64,000 bases of DNA, taken from positions 2,046,001 to 2,110,000 of the forward strand of contig NC_135255.1 in NCBI RefSeq assembly GCF_964204865.1. The letters run 5' to 3'. The position numbers were made by a program, and so were the translations under genes. The notes below the pieces were generated by a model. The model had not been told where the DNA came from. It searched no databases and saw nothing but the letters and a program-made list of their open reading frames with translations. This stretch comes from Styela clava. Lineage: Eukaryota. Shown piece after piece: positions 1 through 12,823 of the stretch. The stretch's first letter is position 1. The number at the start of each line of letters is the position of its first letter.

Positions 1-362
1 ACTTTGGCAAATAAATGCCAATCGATAAAAGTATTAGAAAGACAAACACAAACAAATAAAGAAATGCAATAAATAGTCACAGTAAAAATTGTAATTCTCA
101 AATACCTCAACGTCAGCAAAATTTCAGCTAGATATTAAAATAACTGCACCAAATGCACATGCTGTCATAATATAATATTCATATGAATTAAAAAAAGAAA
201 GAAAACTTTGGGCCGAATTTAAGAGACCCCTATGTGGGATTCAAAATTAATTAAAATTTAAAATGTTCCTGTATAAAAGTAAAAGCCTTCTAGCTGGAAA
301 TTTGAAATCAATTGGTCCATTATTTGTTTTTACTTGAAAACTCACCTGAAACCAAAATTTTG

Positions 363-550
363 GGCACTACAGAACACAGAAGTATGTGTACCAATATGGA
401 GGTACCGGTAACTAAATTTGTTTGCCTACCTTACATCAGGTTGTGTAAAAACATTCCCCGATCTTGTAATAAAAATAAACTAAGGAAAATTGGAATAAAA
501 TCATGGCCGAACCCTAACCTGGTAGCTGGTACACATACTACGGGAGTACA
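363..550. mobile_element. Degenerate copy of the GGTACTCC-ended MITE family
   Basis: gaagtatgtgtaccaatatgg ... accctaacctgg..tacacatactacgggagtac, shared with the copies at 25850, 54170 and 56028. Confidence 0.6.
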
Positions 551-652
551 CAATTTTGTATTCTAATATTTTCTATTGATTGATGTATGTCAAGGACTTT
601 AAATTACACTAAATTCATTCAGAATTATTTAACATAATTCCATTATTTTCAG

Positions 653-786
653 CCGGCAGTGATGAAATCACATTTGATCCGGATGAGATTATTACAAACA
701 TTGAGCAAGTTGATGAAGGATGGTGGTCTGGAACTTGCCGTGGAGCTACTGGACTATTCCCTGCCAATTATGTGGAGATGATGTAG
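653..786 (+). CDS. CTTN: Terminal exon of cortactin/HS1-like gene (C-terminal SH3 domain); upstream exons lie outside the window
   Basis: After acceptor ttttcag (AG 651-652) it reads (A)[43 protein letters not shown], an SH3 C-half ([10 protein letters not shown]). It is closest to the cortactin [31 protein letters not shown] pattern; DBNL/Abp1 is the alternative. Missed by the ORF track. Confidence 0.8.
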
Positions 787-1249
787 TTTGCATGTTTTTA
801 TGAACATGGGAAATGGGAAAGATAAAAGGAGAGGATGATTCGTGTAGCTCCCCGATATACTTCATATTATATGCATAATGTATAGGCGTGTAAACTTAAT
901 TATCTTTTTATGAAATTAAAAGGCCAACTTTTTAGTTTTATGGACTGTTAATCGTCTAGTTTTTGCAACATTTGTATGAGCTTGTTGGTGTGTTGAGATT
1001 TGTCTTTGCAAACAACATCAATGAATGATTTTGTTTTTTGAGATTCATGATTTAAAATTGGTGAAGCACAATTTACATTATGCCAAAACTACCGACTCTG
1101 TGATAGCTCAAACATGCAAAACTGACATTTCTCAGACCAAATACATGTCAACCTGAAAAGCACTTCCACATCCCAACTGGGGATGCTTAAAATGAATTGA
1201 GTACTCGTGTCCTATTATTGATTGATTCTGATGTATATGTTTTTATATT

Positions 1250-2080
1250 AATAAAGTGTTTCCTATATCTTGTATTCGGGAAAGGAACATTCCACATGTA
1301 TTAGTAATCGGAACTATTCTTGTGACTACTGCCTGTTACTTGTTTAATTGTCGTTTTCATCATGTTCTCATTAATGCTTCCTGCTGTTCTATCATTATTT
1401 CTATAAAGTAAGGACAATTAACTTAGCAAAGTAATTATCCAAAGGCACTTCGTACTACTAACTTGACCATTGCAATTGTGAGATAATCCGATTGTCGTAA
1501 AATCATAGAAACATTTGATATTCATTTTTGATCGAATACAATCAGGACAAGACGTTATATCAGTGTAGTTTCTATGTACAGCATTTCACTGGATGGTTTT
1601 TTACTTTTATATCGAGTTTGCGCTTGCAACAGGAGTATTCGTTATAATTGTAATGTAATAAAATGGTTTGTTTCTCTGGATTTAATAGGAAGCTCACAAG
1701 AATTCTGAACGCTCTATTTTGGTTTTTATTATGTTCTCTTAATCATTTTATTATTCTCAATATAGTTAAGGAATCCTGAATCAAATGAATTTTTCAATCG
1801 CTTATGTAATCAAGTGGATGTGTGTTAAAATGTACAAAACTAATTTGAAAGAATGAGTATGCTGTCGGATGAGATCTCGCTAACATTTTTTTTATTTCTA
1901 ATTTCGCTCAACTCTTTGTGAACTACAACAGAGTTTCAAATATTGCTTAATACCAATTCTTCTATAAGCAGAATATTTAATTTGAATTTTACAATGTATT
2001 GTTATTATTCTACTTATTATTGTTTAAGGTTCAGCGTTACCAGCTGCTTATATTCAACATGGAAAATTATGTGTAATAAA
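1250..2080 (+). terminator. Candidate polyadenylation signals of the cortactin-like 3' UTR
   Basis: AATAAA at 1250, 1657 and 2075; the last is followed by a T-rich tract. Confidence 0.35.
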
Positions 2081-2809
2081 TCAATATTTCTAAAACGAAG
2101 GACATTATTTGATTTTTTTCATTTTTAGTAAGGGCGAGATAGCATGTTCGCTAATAATGATAAAGATTGGATGTGATGCTGATCATAGCATTTGTGTAAT
2201 AAAAATAGAGTCAGTTGACGGACGATCTTGAGTGTCACTGACTGGAACAACATTTCACCAGTGCAGGTATCAAAATCTTGTCAAAGTTGTCACTGTTGAA
2301 CAGACTGACAAGTTAGATAAATACATTGTAGAATTTCATTGTGGTCTGTCCTAGTAATCTCATGCTGTTTACTTAGATTTTGGATTCGTGAATGACATGC
2401 AGGTGCTCTGAACGACATACATATTTGTTTCTTAATTTATTCTGATCAACACATTTATGGTAACTAATTGAACAAAGTAGAAATCAAAATTTAGCGAGCA
2501 CTTATTTGGTTCAAGATAAGTCTGTATTTGATATGAACTCGGAATATTATATTGAGGTGCCTTACGTTATCGATCACTCTAGAACAGATGGTGGTGAGAT
2601 AGATATTTAGAAAGAAAATCTAAAAAAGATTAGAAACGAGGCGGCGGGCGCCCAGTATTGATCCCCGCCTATGCTCGATCGCGACGTCATTTCAGAGTTA
2701 CTAACGGGTAAAGGAGCTGCCGGTTAATTTTGAACGCTGTGCGTCTGTCTTGTCGGTATTCTCCGCATACAGTGTGTTGCAGCTAATAATTAAAATATGT
2801 GCGCTAAAA

Positions 2810-3650
2810 TTCCTAAGGCTTCTCCGGTTTATGAACTATCGAGATGAAAAACAGTTTGTTCGAAAGCGTATTTTCATCCGCAGAAGGTAGCGTTCTTGGA
2901 GTTTTAATATTTGACTTAGTTGACTAGAAATAGGGTGAAAATTATGAAAAAATTGGAAATTTTTCACCGATCGGCGCGTTTTTTGCTGCTGCCATGGAAA
3001 CGAAACATCAATCTTGAACATGGATGAAAGGCATAAGGATGACCCACGTGAAAATTCATCCTGATCTGTCCAACCGTTTGGACGCTACAGCTGGACAATC
3101 AGACAGACAGACAAGCCGGTAGGCGCCCAGGATCTCCGCTGATAGTTGAGGCCGGTTGCCATCAATGGAAACTTGAAGATCTTTAATAACGGCGACACGA
3201 TTAAAAAGTGAGCGGGTTGTCGAAAAGGCCAGTTCATTCCAAACGCTGCGCGTTTTGTAGACATATTAGCGTGACTGATATAATGCGGCTGGAAATTGAA
3301 AAAAATGTTCACAAAAATCCCTAAGGCTCCTCCAGTTTAAAGAATATCAATACCAAAGTCGACTTGATGGAAAGAGTATTTTCCCATGCTGAAGGTAGCG
3401 TTCTCGGAATTTCAATATTAGTCCTACTGAACTAGAAAATGGCGAAATATTATGAGAAAACTGGAAACAATTTAGGGATCGGCGCGTTTTCTCGCCGTTA
3501 CCATGGAAATGGAACATTAATCCTGAATTTGGGTGAAACGCATAACATTAGCGTGACATGATAACACGTGTGAAAAATTTCAGCCGGAACTGTCCAGCCA
3601 TTTGATCTTTACAGCTGGACAAACAGACAGACGACAGACATACAGAACGA
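2810..3650. repeat. Two diverged tandem copies (~300-330 bp) of an interspersed repeat ending in (GACA)n microsatellite; possibly Helentron/DINE-like
   Basis: Blocks ctaaggct.ctcc.gttta / gaaggtagcgttct.gga / gatcggcgcgtttt / ccatggaaa / acagctggacaa..agacagac occur at ~2813-3115 and again at ~3321-3645. Confidence 0.55.
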
Positions 3651-4688
3651 CTGAGAATAAGGATCTCCTAGAGCGGAGATACAACAGAGTATTTGAAACA
3701 AATAACTGGCTGACTGATTCCACATCCCACATGGACTGGTATTCGGACAACTGGCGTCTCATCGGCTTAACTCTCCTCGAGATAAAATATGTAGATCCTA
3801 ATTCGCGTTGATATTCAAGCACGTGGCGTTTTAAAAACTTTTATTTGTATTTTAACTCTCAATAGCCATGAATTTAAATTTTGTTAAGTCTTATTCCAAC
3901 TCGAGTCAAAGTCATTAGCTATTGGTCTGTTCGCTATTTCCTTTCTAAGCAAAAATTTATCAAGATAATTATTAGGCTAGATAATCGGATCACTTATTTT
4001 CGAAAAAATCTGAAATTTTCATTTGGTGTTCGGTAAGCAATATATAAAAACTATTCCGCGCACCAAAAAAGGCTCAAATTCCTCTGGAAACTCTACGGTT
4101 ACGATCATGTTATGCCGGGAATGTGAAAAGCCAAGCAGTCATTCTTTTTATATTAATGAAATGATGGTGGAGAAAGACGTAACCGAGCATCAGTTAGTTA
4201 ACAACCTCTCGTCCACGAGGAGTTCAGCAAACTTTCATAGACAATTACCATACATTGTTGTTTTATGGTATGTAAGAATATTGAATATACAGGCTATGGT
4301 TAAAGTGCCCTGGCGGCAAGCATAACTCCCCTACGCGGTATAACGTCAGTAAACAATAGTCAAACTTAGTTCATTTTTATATAGCTTTGCTCGTTTATAC
4401 ATTTTAAAACGTACACAGTGAACATAAGTACAACAACATGTAGAACAATATAAATATAAAAAATTCTTTTGATTCAATTATTTCTAGGTAGTGGCTTTTT
4501 CAGAACCGAGGATTTTAATCTGGTGGATTGCAAAGATTAGTGTTCCGAAGAAATAACACAATATAAATGCCAATGCAAAATGGAGGGGCTTCCTTCTTTT
4601 CGGGAAGAACAAACATACAAAGAGTCGGCCCTTGATAAATAACTCATATATAAGGATAAATGTTCCGATCTTACGTGGGTTTATGTTA

Positions 4689-6152
4689 TCAATCTTCTCC
4701 GTTTGACGTAGAAGAGAGCGAAAGTCCTTGCTCAATATCAAAATCACTGAAATCGCTCAAACTGGTCTCACTTAGTGTGTCTTGATCATGATGCCTTAAC
4801 GTCCGAACGAAAGCAAGCCAAGCTTCGGTTCTTGGATCTTTCAAAGGATTTTGTTCATTATTTTTAAAAACCTGTTTCGATTTGGAAGCAGACAGTGGCG
4901 TTTCCTGGCCCTTTTCATGTCTGCCATCCGTCATATTTAGACATTTAGGTGTAACAATAGATTTTGCCGAGTCGATTTCAGCCATAATAACCTTTCGCTG
5001 TTTTGTGGGAGTTGGTCGTAACTTAGCAATGCATTGACGAAGCACAACTTCACCATCATTAAGTTCACGTTCAGGGGACTGTGTTACAGTGCTATCAGTA
5101 TCAGATCCAGAATCAGTAGCAGCTCTCCACGGAGTTTCCGAAGACCTACTTATTTTTGTGTCGGTTTTTCCATCGATACTTTCCAGTTTACCATTAGACT
5201 CAATATCTCCATTACCAAGCTTCATATTTTTGCTTGGTTTTAAATTTGGATTCATTATTTTTGGCGAATCGTTTTTAACTTTAGCAGGCTCCGACGCACG
5301 TCTCGAATCAAGACTCACATTATTTCTGAAGAGTTGCATATTCGAATCATTCAAGCTGAGTGATCGCGACTTCCCTGATTTTCGCAGAGTGTCAAACAAT
5401 TTTGAAGGCTGTGTGATAAAGGATTCGTCTGTTTCGTTTAAAGAAAATTGATCGACGAAAAATGTAGAACTGTAGTCATTCAATCGTGCCATATCAACAT
5501 CGATGGAACATCGTTGAGCATGGACATATTTTTTTGGTATAACTTCTTCGCATAAAACTTTTTCTGTGTTTTCGTCATCACTGTTTTCTATTTCCGAAGG
5601 ACTTTCTTCAAAAATATCTCCTAATTGGGCACTTGGTCTTTTAGTTATATTACCATTCGAGCCACGAAACTTATTAAACGCCTTTTCTTCGTTAATTTCG
5701 TCGTTCAAAGTGATTGTTGGGATCTCGAGGGAATTTTTATTACACTTGTTTGATTTTTGTATTTTTTCTTCATCAGTCAAAACTTGACGCTCAACGCTAA
5801 TTTCTACATATCCACAATGATGGTTCATTCCTTCGGAATCGTTCATGAACAATGTACAGGTAGGTATCGATACGTCCAATTTTTTCGTAGAATCCCAATT
5901 AGAAAAGTGATGCAACGCTTTTCCGAATTCCATGATTTCTCGAGTCATATTGGGTTCTGTGCCACGGGCTTTTATTTCAAGAATTTCATTGCCGTCCGTT
6001 CTGTATTTAATCAGCACATGTCTCGAATCTGCAGTCATCGAGACTGAAAGTCTAGGCGTGCACATTTCGGAAGTCCATTCTGGTTTATCAAGGAAGTCAC
6101 TGCAGTTGCTGTCCGTATCTGAGTCGCGATAATTTGAATTATTATTTCCCAT
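4689..6152 (-). CDS. Intronless 487-aa protein of unknown family; MGNNNS N-myristoylation motif; mostly Ser/Asp/Lys-rich and probably disordered
   Basis: 1464-bp open frame in AT-rich DNA, far longer than the chance ORFs nearby; aaaATGG start context; no domain recognised. Confidence 0.75.
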   Translation of the reverse strand: MGNNNSNYRDSDTDSNCSDFLDKPEWTSEMCTPRLSVSMTADSRHVLIKYRTDGNEILEIKARGTEPNMTREIMEFGKALHHFSNWDSTKKLDVSIPTCTLFMNDSEGMNHHCGYVEISVERQVLTDEEKIQKSNKCNKNSLEIPTITLNDEINEEKAFNKFRGSNGNITKRPSAQLGDIFEESPSEIENSDDENTEKVLCEEVIPKKYVHAQRCSIDVDMARLNDYSSTFFVDQFSLNETDESFITQPSKLFDTLRKSGKSRSLSLNDSNMQLFRNNVSLDSRRASEPAKVKNDSPKIMNPNLKPSKNMKLGNGDIESNGKLESIDGKTDTKISRSSETPWRAATDSGSDTDSTVTQSPERELNDGEVVLRQCIAKLRPTPTKQRKVIMAEIDSAKSIVTPKCLNMTDGRHEKGQETPLSASKSKQVFKNNEQNPLKDPRTEAWLAFVRTLRHHDQDTLSETSLSDFSDFDIEQGLSLSSTSNGED

Positions 6153-8057
6153 TTTATGCTTACTACCTCAGGTTCTTTGTTCCATTATCAGATTCTCACA
6201 ACAGTTACAACTGTATCTCGACGCAAACACTTAATCTACAGCCGCAAAATTGTCAAGACAATTTTGAATTACTCACTGCAAACTGTGTAATAGTGTTGTG
6301 ATTTACCTAATCATTCAGCCATCTGAAGGGATTATTTGGCAATAATCTTGTATATGCGACAAAATATATCACGTATTACAATCACTAGCTGCACACAGTG
6401 TCAAATAGAACAAAAAGTGTAAATTTGACTTGCATATTATAAGCACAGTTTCGATATCAGCTTTCCTAATTTAGTCTGATTTAACGTGCGAAAATGCATG
6501 TCACTTGTACTAAATCTGTACATAATTTGTGTTCTTGATATCGATTAGCCTAATACTAGCGTCGCGTGTGGAAACGACTATCAAGTCTACATGTCAGGAC
6601 TGTCTATATCCTGCCAATGCTTGATATGCACATAAACCATACAACACCGAGGAAGGTAGATTTCAATTCCTATGTATATGTAATTTACTTAGCAAGGAAT
6701 CAGAATTGAAGACCAGTAAAGCAAATATTTATTACGTAAAATATGGAATTATAGAAATCTCGCAGATGACAAAAATCACATTGATATTGCAGCGACATTT
6801 CAGTTGAGTGACTTTTATCAATGTTGGTGGATTATAGCAGAAAGCTTCATTTCCAAAAAGATCATTTTCAGTTACAAGTTCATATTATATTCAAGTTACA
6901 CGCTCTGAAAATAAAAATTGAATCGCAACACCAGAAGCAAAATAAAAAGTAACAGTTTAATTAAATGAGAGATAAATGTAATAAACAATGTTATATACCA
7001 AACTTGATAAATTAAAGTTATGATAATTGAACAAATTGCTAATTTCCGGAGTATGAATATATATAGTTTGTTTACAAAATTATATTTTTATGCTGTGATA
7101 GACGACAGAAAAGCGAAAAAAGGAAAGTAATGTTTTCAAAATTATTCGTGTCGTGCAAAATAGATATACTTACGCTCACTTAAAATTGATGATACGTCCG
7201 ACTACCAGATCATTTACATTTACATAAGGCACAATTTGGATCTTTTGTGAATAAAAAAAAATTGGTAATTATCCAGCTAGGGATAGTAGCTCCGCAGCCA
7301 AGTAGCGTTTTCGGGATCAACCTTGTTTTCAGATACAGATTTTTTTAATCCTGATCATTCATCTCGGGGTTATTACCAGTCATTTTCATGTGGGTGTGAA
7401 GTTTGTAGCATTACAAACAAAAATATATTGCACTCGGCAACTGCGCGGGAAAACTCAGGATCAAATTTGAATAAGCAAGCACTTGGAAGTTAAAATTATT
7501 TTCAATGGTTTCGTAAGACGACGTGACAAAATTTTCGCATCCACAGAGATTGGTGACTTATATCCATTACATAATAATGCTATAGCGCGGAGCTCCGAAC
7601 GAATATGACTTGGTAATATGCACAGAGATCACAGAAAAAAATGCATAGAGTTAACATTAGCAAGCGTGTTACAAAAATGCCAGCAGTCAACGCCGAAGGA
7701 GTTAAAAAATTTCGGTAAGCCTAATTGGTGTAGCGTGTATAAAAGCAAGCACGCATAAAACCAAATATACACGCATGATGGAAAGCTGAGTTTCAAAAGA
7801 TCTGTTGCTGCTGCAATTAACAGTTTCCTTAGTTTAGAGGCAAGACCTGCGTAATGCAGTCGGCTTCGGCTTAAATGGTTACGCACAACTTCGTCGCAAA
7901 CTTTTATATATATGATGGAAGCAGTCACATATTTGTTAGCAATAATTGTTATGCAGCGGTACTCACGACGATGCAGTAGTGAAAGATAATAATACGATCA
8001 CGAGAACATGGCTTCCCAGGGTACGAACACAAGTTCCGATTATACAATATATATATA

Positions 8058-8511
8058 TAGGGTTACCATTTTTTTGTGACTTCAAATCGGGACGCCTCAA
8101 AAAACAACGACCCCTTAGCTGTGATTTTGTAACTTTACATTTTTTGATTTTACTACATAGGCCTATACATTTCTACTTTCAAAGCTGTCCCGGCCGGCTT
8201 TATTAAACATATTGTTATCGAAATTTCATGCGCATATTCTCTGTCCAAATAATTCGAATTTGGACTAATTAGTATTATTTTACATGCGATACGTCTGCTA
8301 CCAATGGGAATCAGCGGGAAACAAAAGCATTCACCTTCAGCAAGTAGGCCAGCGCCGCGCTACACAGCAACAACAGTAACGAGAACATGTCGCGTATCAT
8401 GCTGGATGGCTGAACGCAAAAGCGGGACATTTGGCTGATTTGTAGGGACGGCGGGACAAAACGCTGAAAAGCGGGACCGTCCCGCCTAAAGCGGGACATA
8501 TGTTAAGCCTA
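8058..8511. mobile_element. hAT-type MITE (TAGGGTTACCA termini) inserted in a (TA)n tract
   Basis: Left end tagggttaccat; right end atgttaagccta (imperfect inverse); subterminal gcgggac repeats; flanks tatatata / actatata. Confidence 0.6.
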
Positions 8512-11500
8512 ACTATATATATACCGGAGGCGTACAAATGTTGAGAGACCATGCCCACACCAAAAATGCAATTTTGCGGCATTTTCAGTAACATAAATTC
8601 ATACGTCTTTTCCAATACCATTTTACTCTATTCTTGAACGATTTACTAAAAACAGGACGTTTAATGGCCTGCTATCAATAATCCTTTCACCAAATCAACC
8701 GAACGAGATAGATGAAAATGCGCGCTCATATGCCTTGGATAACTTCGACAACGAAGTAGGATTCTGTAGAGCGATTCGTTAAGACATTGTTAGATATCAG
8801 TGGCTACTTGTATCTGGCTTTGTTCGGAGCAAAATGCAAAAGTGAGCGGCGTGCGTATTACGTCAATATACAAAAAAATTGCACCTCCCTCCCCAATTGT
8901 GGGCTAGCTACGCTCTTGTTGTGGAATATATATTCAAGGACGGTTCGTTACGCCAACCACAGTCCCAAACTTTTTGTCTCTGGCTGAACACAGGTACTAA
9001 TGGATACCACATGCGAAATGGTAAGAAGGAAGTCAAATATTAAAACGTCATGTGATAAAGCGAATAGAGTTATTTACCACCAGCTGTTATTCCAGTGAAT
9101 ACTGCTTGTCCGATAGATGCAACTGTACATGGGTGTAATGTAAATATCTGTGGGTGCAAATCATGTTAGTAGGGGATTCAGGGGGTTCGCGCGAACTCGT
9201 TCTTGAGATGTCGCGATAATCAGCGAACACGTTCTTTTTATTTTAGACGTAAGACCACCGCAGCGAATGAATTTACCTGTACCGTAGCTAACAAACAGCG
9301 TTGTATCTGGCGTTTCAAAAGTTATGTATTAGAGTCACTTGAAGCGTATCATGTTAATGCAGCTGTCGTAGTGATTTACATGGATTTTATGAAAAGGATG
9401 AAACCTGGTCTGCATTGAATGTGGATACAATTTCATAAAATATTGAATCCCGCTACAGGTGCAAATGTACCTGGGCGCAATTTGTGTGGGGGTGCAAAAA
9501 CTCGGAGGTGAGAATGAGACACGTGTAGACTAAATTATATCATGACCTAACAATTTAGTGTTTAATGAGCCTACAATTCAATTATAATTAGACAAATGAC
9601 AACAAAACGCAGAAAAGTTGATGCTGAGTGCAGGGGTTCAAAGGCACAGAAAATATTCAGTGCAAGGCAATGAGGAAATACAATACATCTTCTATTCGAG
9701 AGATGTATCACAGCTGATTTTCATAAAAAAGTATCTTCTTGAAGGAAAGCTCCATCCAAATTTGACAAACCATGCAGAAAATTCCTGTCGATGTATGGAA
9801 GTACATTATATATGCGAACAATTATTCCCGAAATGAACATTACAAAAAACGAACTGAGATTTGGATTAGTGATGTTCATCTAGTGACCTAGTCACTAGAT
9901 TCTAATGTGTCACTTGATGACTAGAAGCTATCAAGCGTAATGCAACAACAAGTGTCTCAATTTCAACTTCTGATCTGTGTGAAAAAATTGTGATTCAATG
10001 GCCATCTGTTTTGTTTTCTAAAAATATGAGCAGCCCGCGAGGACTTTCTACCCTTAATTTTGGCCCGCGAGTGACAAAAGGCTGATGAATTCTGCCATGA
10101 AGGCTTCAATTAACACACAAGTATTCGTGGCCTATGCCATATTTACGAAACTCCTGGCGAAGTCATCTCCGATTCAAAAAAACAATAACAGCAGAGCAAT
10201 ATTCAAAGGTCGGTACAGGCAAGAAGCGGGAGCATCATGTTTGGCGGCCAGCTAAGCCCATCACGGATAAGGAAATTCCATCACGCAAATCCAAATTTAC
10301 TTTCAGCTCACGCTTTCCAAGGAAAAAAAAAATCTTTTTGAAGCAATCGAACAGGCGGTATCCTCAATTTTATTGAAAGTATGATACTTGAGTAACAATT
10401 TCAATTTTTTCATTCGCATGCAGAAATATATTGAAAATGCTGAATATGCACTGATATAAAGTTGATGAATGTAAAAAAATAACAAAGTAACATAGATGGC
10501 ATCATCTACATTTATTGGTCATCAAAGAAAACTATGTGTGTCAGAGAGTGCTTAAATATATGGTGCATTCAGGCATCAATTTCTGGCGAAAACACCATGA
10601 ATGACGTAGAATAAAGTAACCTATAAGCATTTTGTGTGAAAATGAGGTACTTAGTAGAGGTTATTATTAAGATGAGGTTTATTAGATTTAGAATTGTCAA
10701 TCTGTTATCATCTATATCAGAATTTTTTTTCCCCAAAAATAATAAATAATTGTATTCTGTGCTGGAGAAATGAACCAATTGAAATTTTAAACAAAAACAT
10801 TACGATTGAGATCTGAATGTACTCAAACATCCTATTAGAAAACTGCATCATATATCTTGGCTAAAAGTAGCATCAGAGTATTTGGCAGAAAATTGGTTAC
10901 ATTAACGTTAAATAACTTTTAACCATGTTGAAGGGTTAAACCATTGCAACAAAAATATAACTCAAACACTAAAAACTGCAATAAAAAAAATAAGAAATGA
11001 TTCAACAGAATACTGATAATAACGGAATAAATAAAATATGAAGCTTATGTAATAAGGATACAAACGAGTTATACTAACGGCTTTACTAAGTCAGACTGAG
11101 CAGGGCAAGGTACATGTGTACAGAATAGTTTCCGATAATACGTATTACAACAAATTATATAAAATATGGACATTATTCCATTTTTGTATTTAATGAGAAA
11201 CAAAAAAGAAAAACATTGACTGTTTTTCATCAAACTATTTTTGTAATTGAATCAGGCACAACCAACTTCAACAGTCATTATATATATACTATTACCCTGA
11301 CAAAATATGAATAGTAATTGCAATGGTGAGGAATATTATCCATGTCATATTCTGACTTTATTTAATATGCATGAAAAAGCACCAGCGTAGACCATCTTGC
11401 TAGACTCACTAAAAACCTTGAAAGCTAAAAATAAGAAAACTCAAATATGAATCATATCAACCTATCACTGATACAAATTTCACATATAAGCATCTCGAAG

Positions 11501-11628
11501 CAATGCAGTGTTTAGAACCACTATGAAAAAGGTTTTGCTTAAAAATATCACAGTGAAAAAGTAACAGATGCTGGTATAAGGGTTCTGTCATTATAATGGT
11601 AGTTAGTAGTAAGAGAGATTGATTAGAC

Positions 11629-11928
11629 CAGGGGTGGGCAAGGCTTTTAGACCAGGGGCCAAAAATTTCGCCACCTGGACTGGCGGGCCATGTAAGTGTG
11701 ATGTAAAAGTTACATTTTATGAACAATATTTACAGTGTCACAAAGTGGAAAACAATAAGCCTTGTGCCAAAACTAAATTTAATCGCAATCTCAACAAATT
11801 CCTTGAACAATTTTTCAGCTAAAACATCAAAATTTGGTTTTAGTTGGGTTGTGGAAGCATCAGGCAGGCCAGATTAAACTACTCAATGGGCCGGATTTGG
11901 CCCACCGGCCGTTAATTGCCCATGTCAG
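11629..11928. mobile_element. hAT (Charlie/Buster-like) MITE, 300 bp
   Basis: caggggtgggcaa ... ttgcccatgtcag with exact 8-bp TSD gattagac (11621-11628 / 11929-11936); related copies at ~17450-17655, 46773-47079 and 61968-62226. Confidence 0.8.
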
Positions 11929-12823
11929 GATTAGACTATTCTGGTTTACTGGGTCCAAATCCCTCCCTTCTCACCAGGATGTAATAAATAGGTAGGCAGA
12001 TGAAGAAACTAGAAAAATTACATTCCTTTCAAAAAGTAGCTTCTTACATAAGAGTAAATTATTATCTAAATCCTTGTTTAAAATAAGGTGTGAAAAGCTC
12101 CTATAAAAAAATTACTATCAGAATCCTGAGTCATCCATCAAATGACGTTTTTTGCCAAAAAGTACTATAATGCATAACATATATTTGTTTGATACCAAAC
12201 TCTGGCTCCCACCTAATTTATATTTAAAAAAAGATTTACTCATTTTTTTTTTTTTTCAAGATAATTTTGAACGGAATGGAAGCACTATTTGAATGAAAAA
12301 CATCAAAATAACAAAAAAAAATTGCAAAAGCATATATGTAGATGCTATATAAAAAGTGAATCATATATGTACTATTCATCAATGTTTTATAAAATTGCTA
12401 CAGAAAGACTAATTGGTATCATGATGACCATGTAGAACATATAGGTAATCACAAATTTCTCGTCTGAACAAGAAGCTCGAATTCAAAAAGGTAAAGTGGA
12501 TTGTTTATAAAAAAAATAGAATTCATTATATTCATGTGTATAACCCAAACAGATGGGACAAGCACGTTCCATACATGTGAAATTGAAATTTTTGAGCAGT
12601 GATATAAATATTTCTGTAAATGATAATCGGATTATTTATTTCCATGCGTTTGATAATATTTAGTTTCGAACCTTGGATGATCTAATGCTTTGCCGAGGAT
12701 GCAACTACAGGCTAGCAGATTCCACACTTGAGTTGTTCTACGCACCACTCCAACGTAGAAGCAACTATCAGCAGAGATGACTTGAGTATTTCAATCGATA
12801 ATAATAGAGATTTGATGTATACA

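Noticed and set aside
5034-6132. Plus-strand ORFs overlapping the 487-aa ORF
   Set aside because: Antisense shadows of the real coding frame.
6161-6170. let-7-like TGAGGTAGTA on the minus strand just upstream of the 487-aa ORF
   Set aside because: Only 10 nt match with no precursor hairpin, and it is in the wrong orientation to be a target site in that mRNA.
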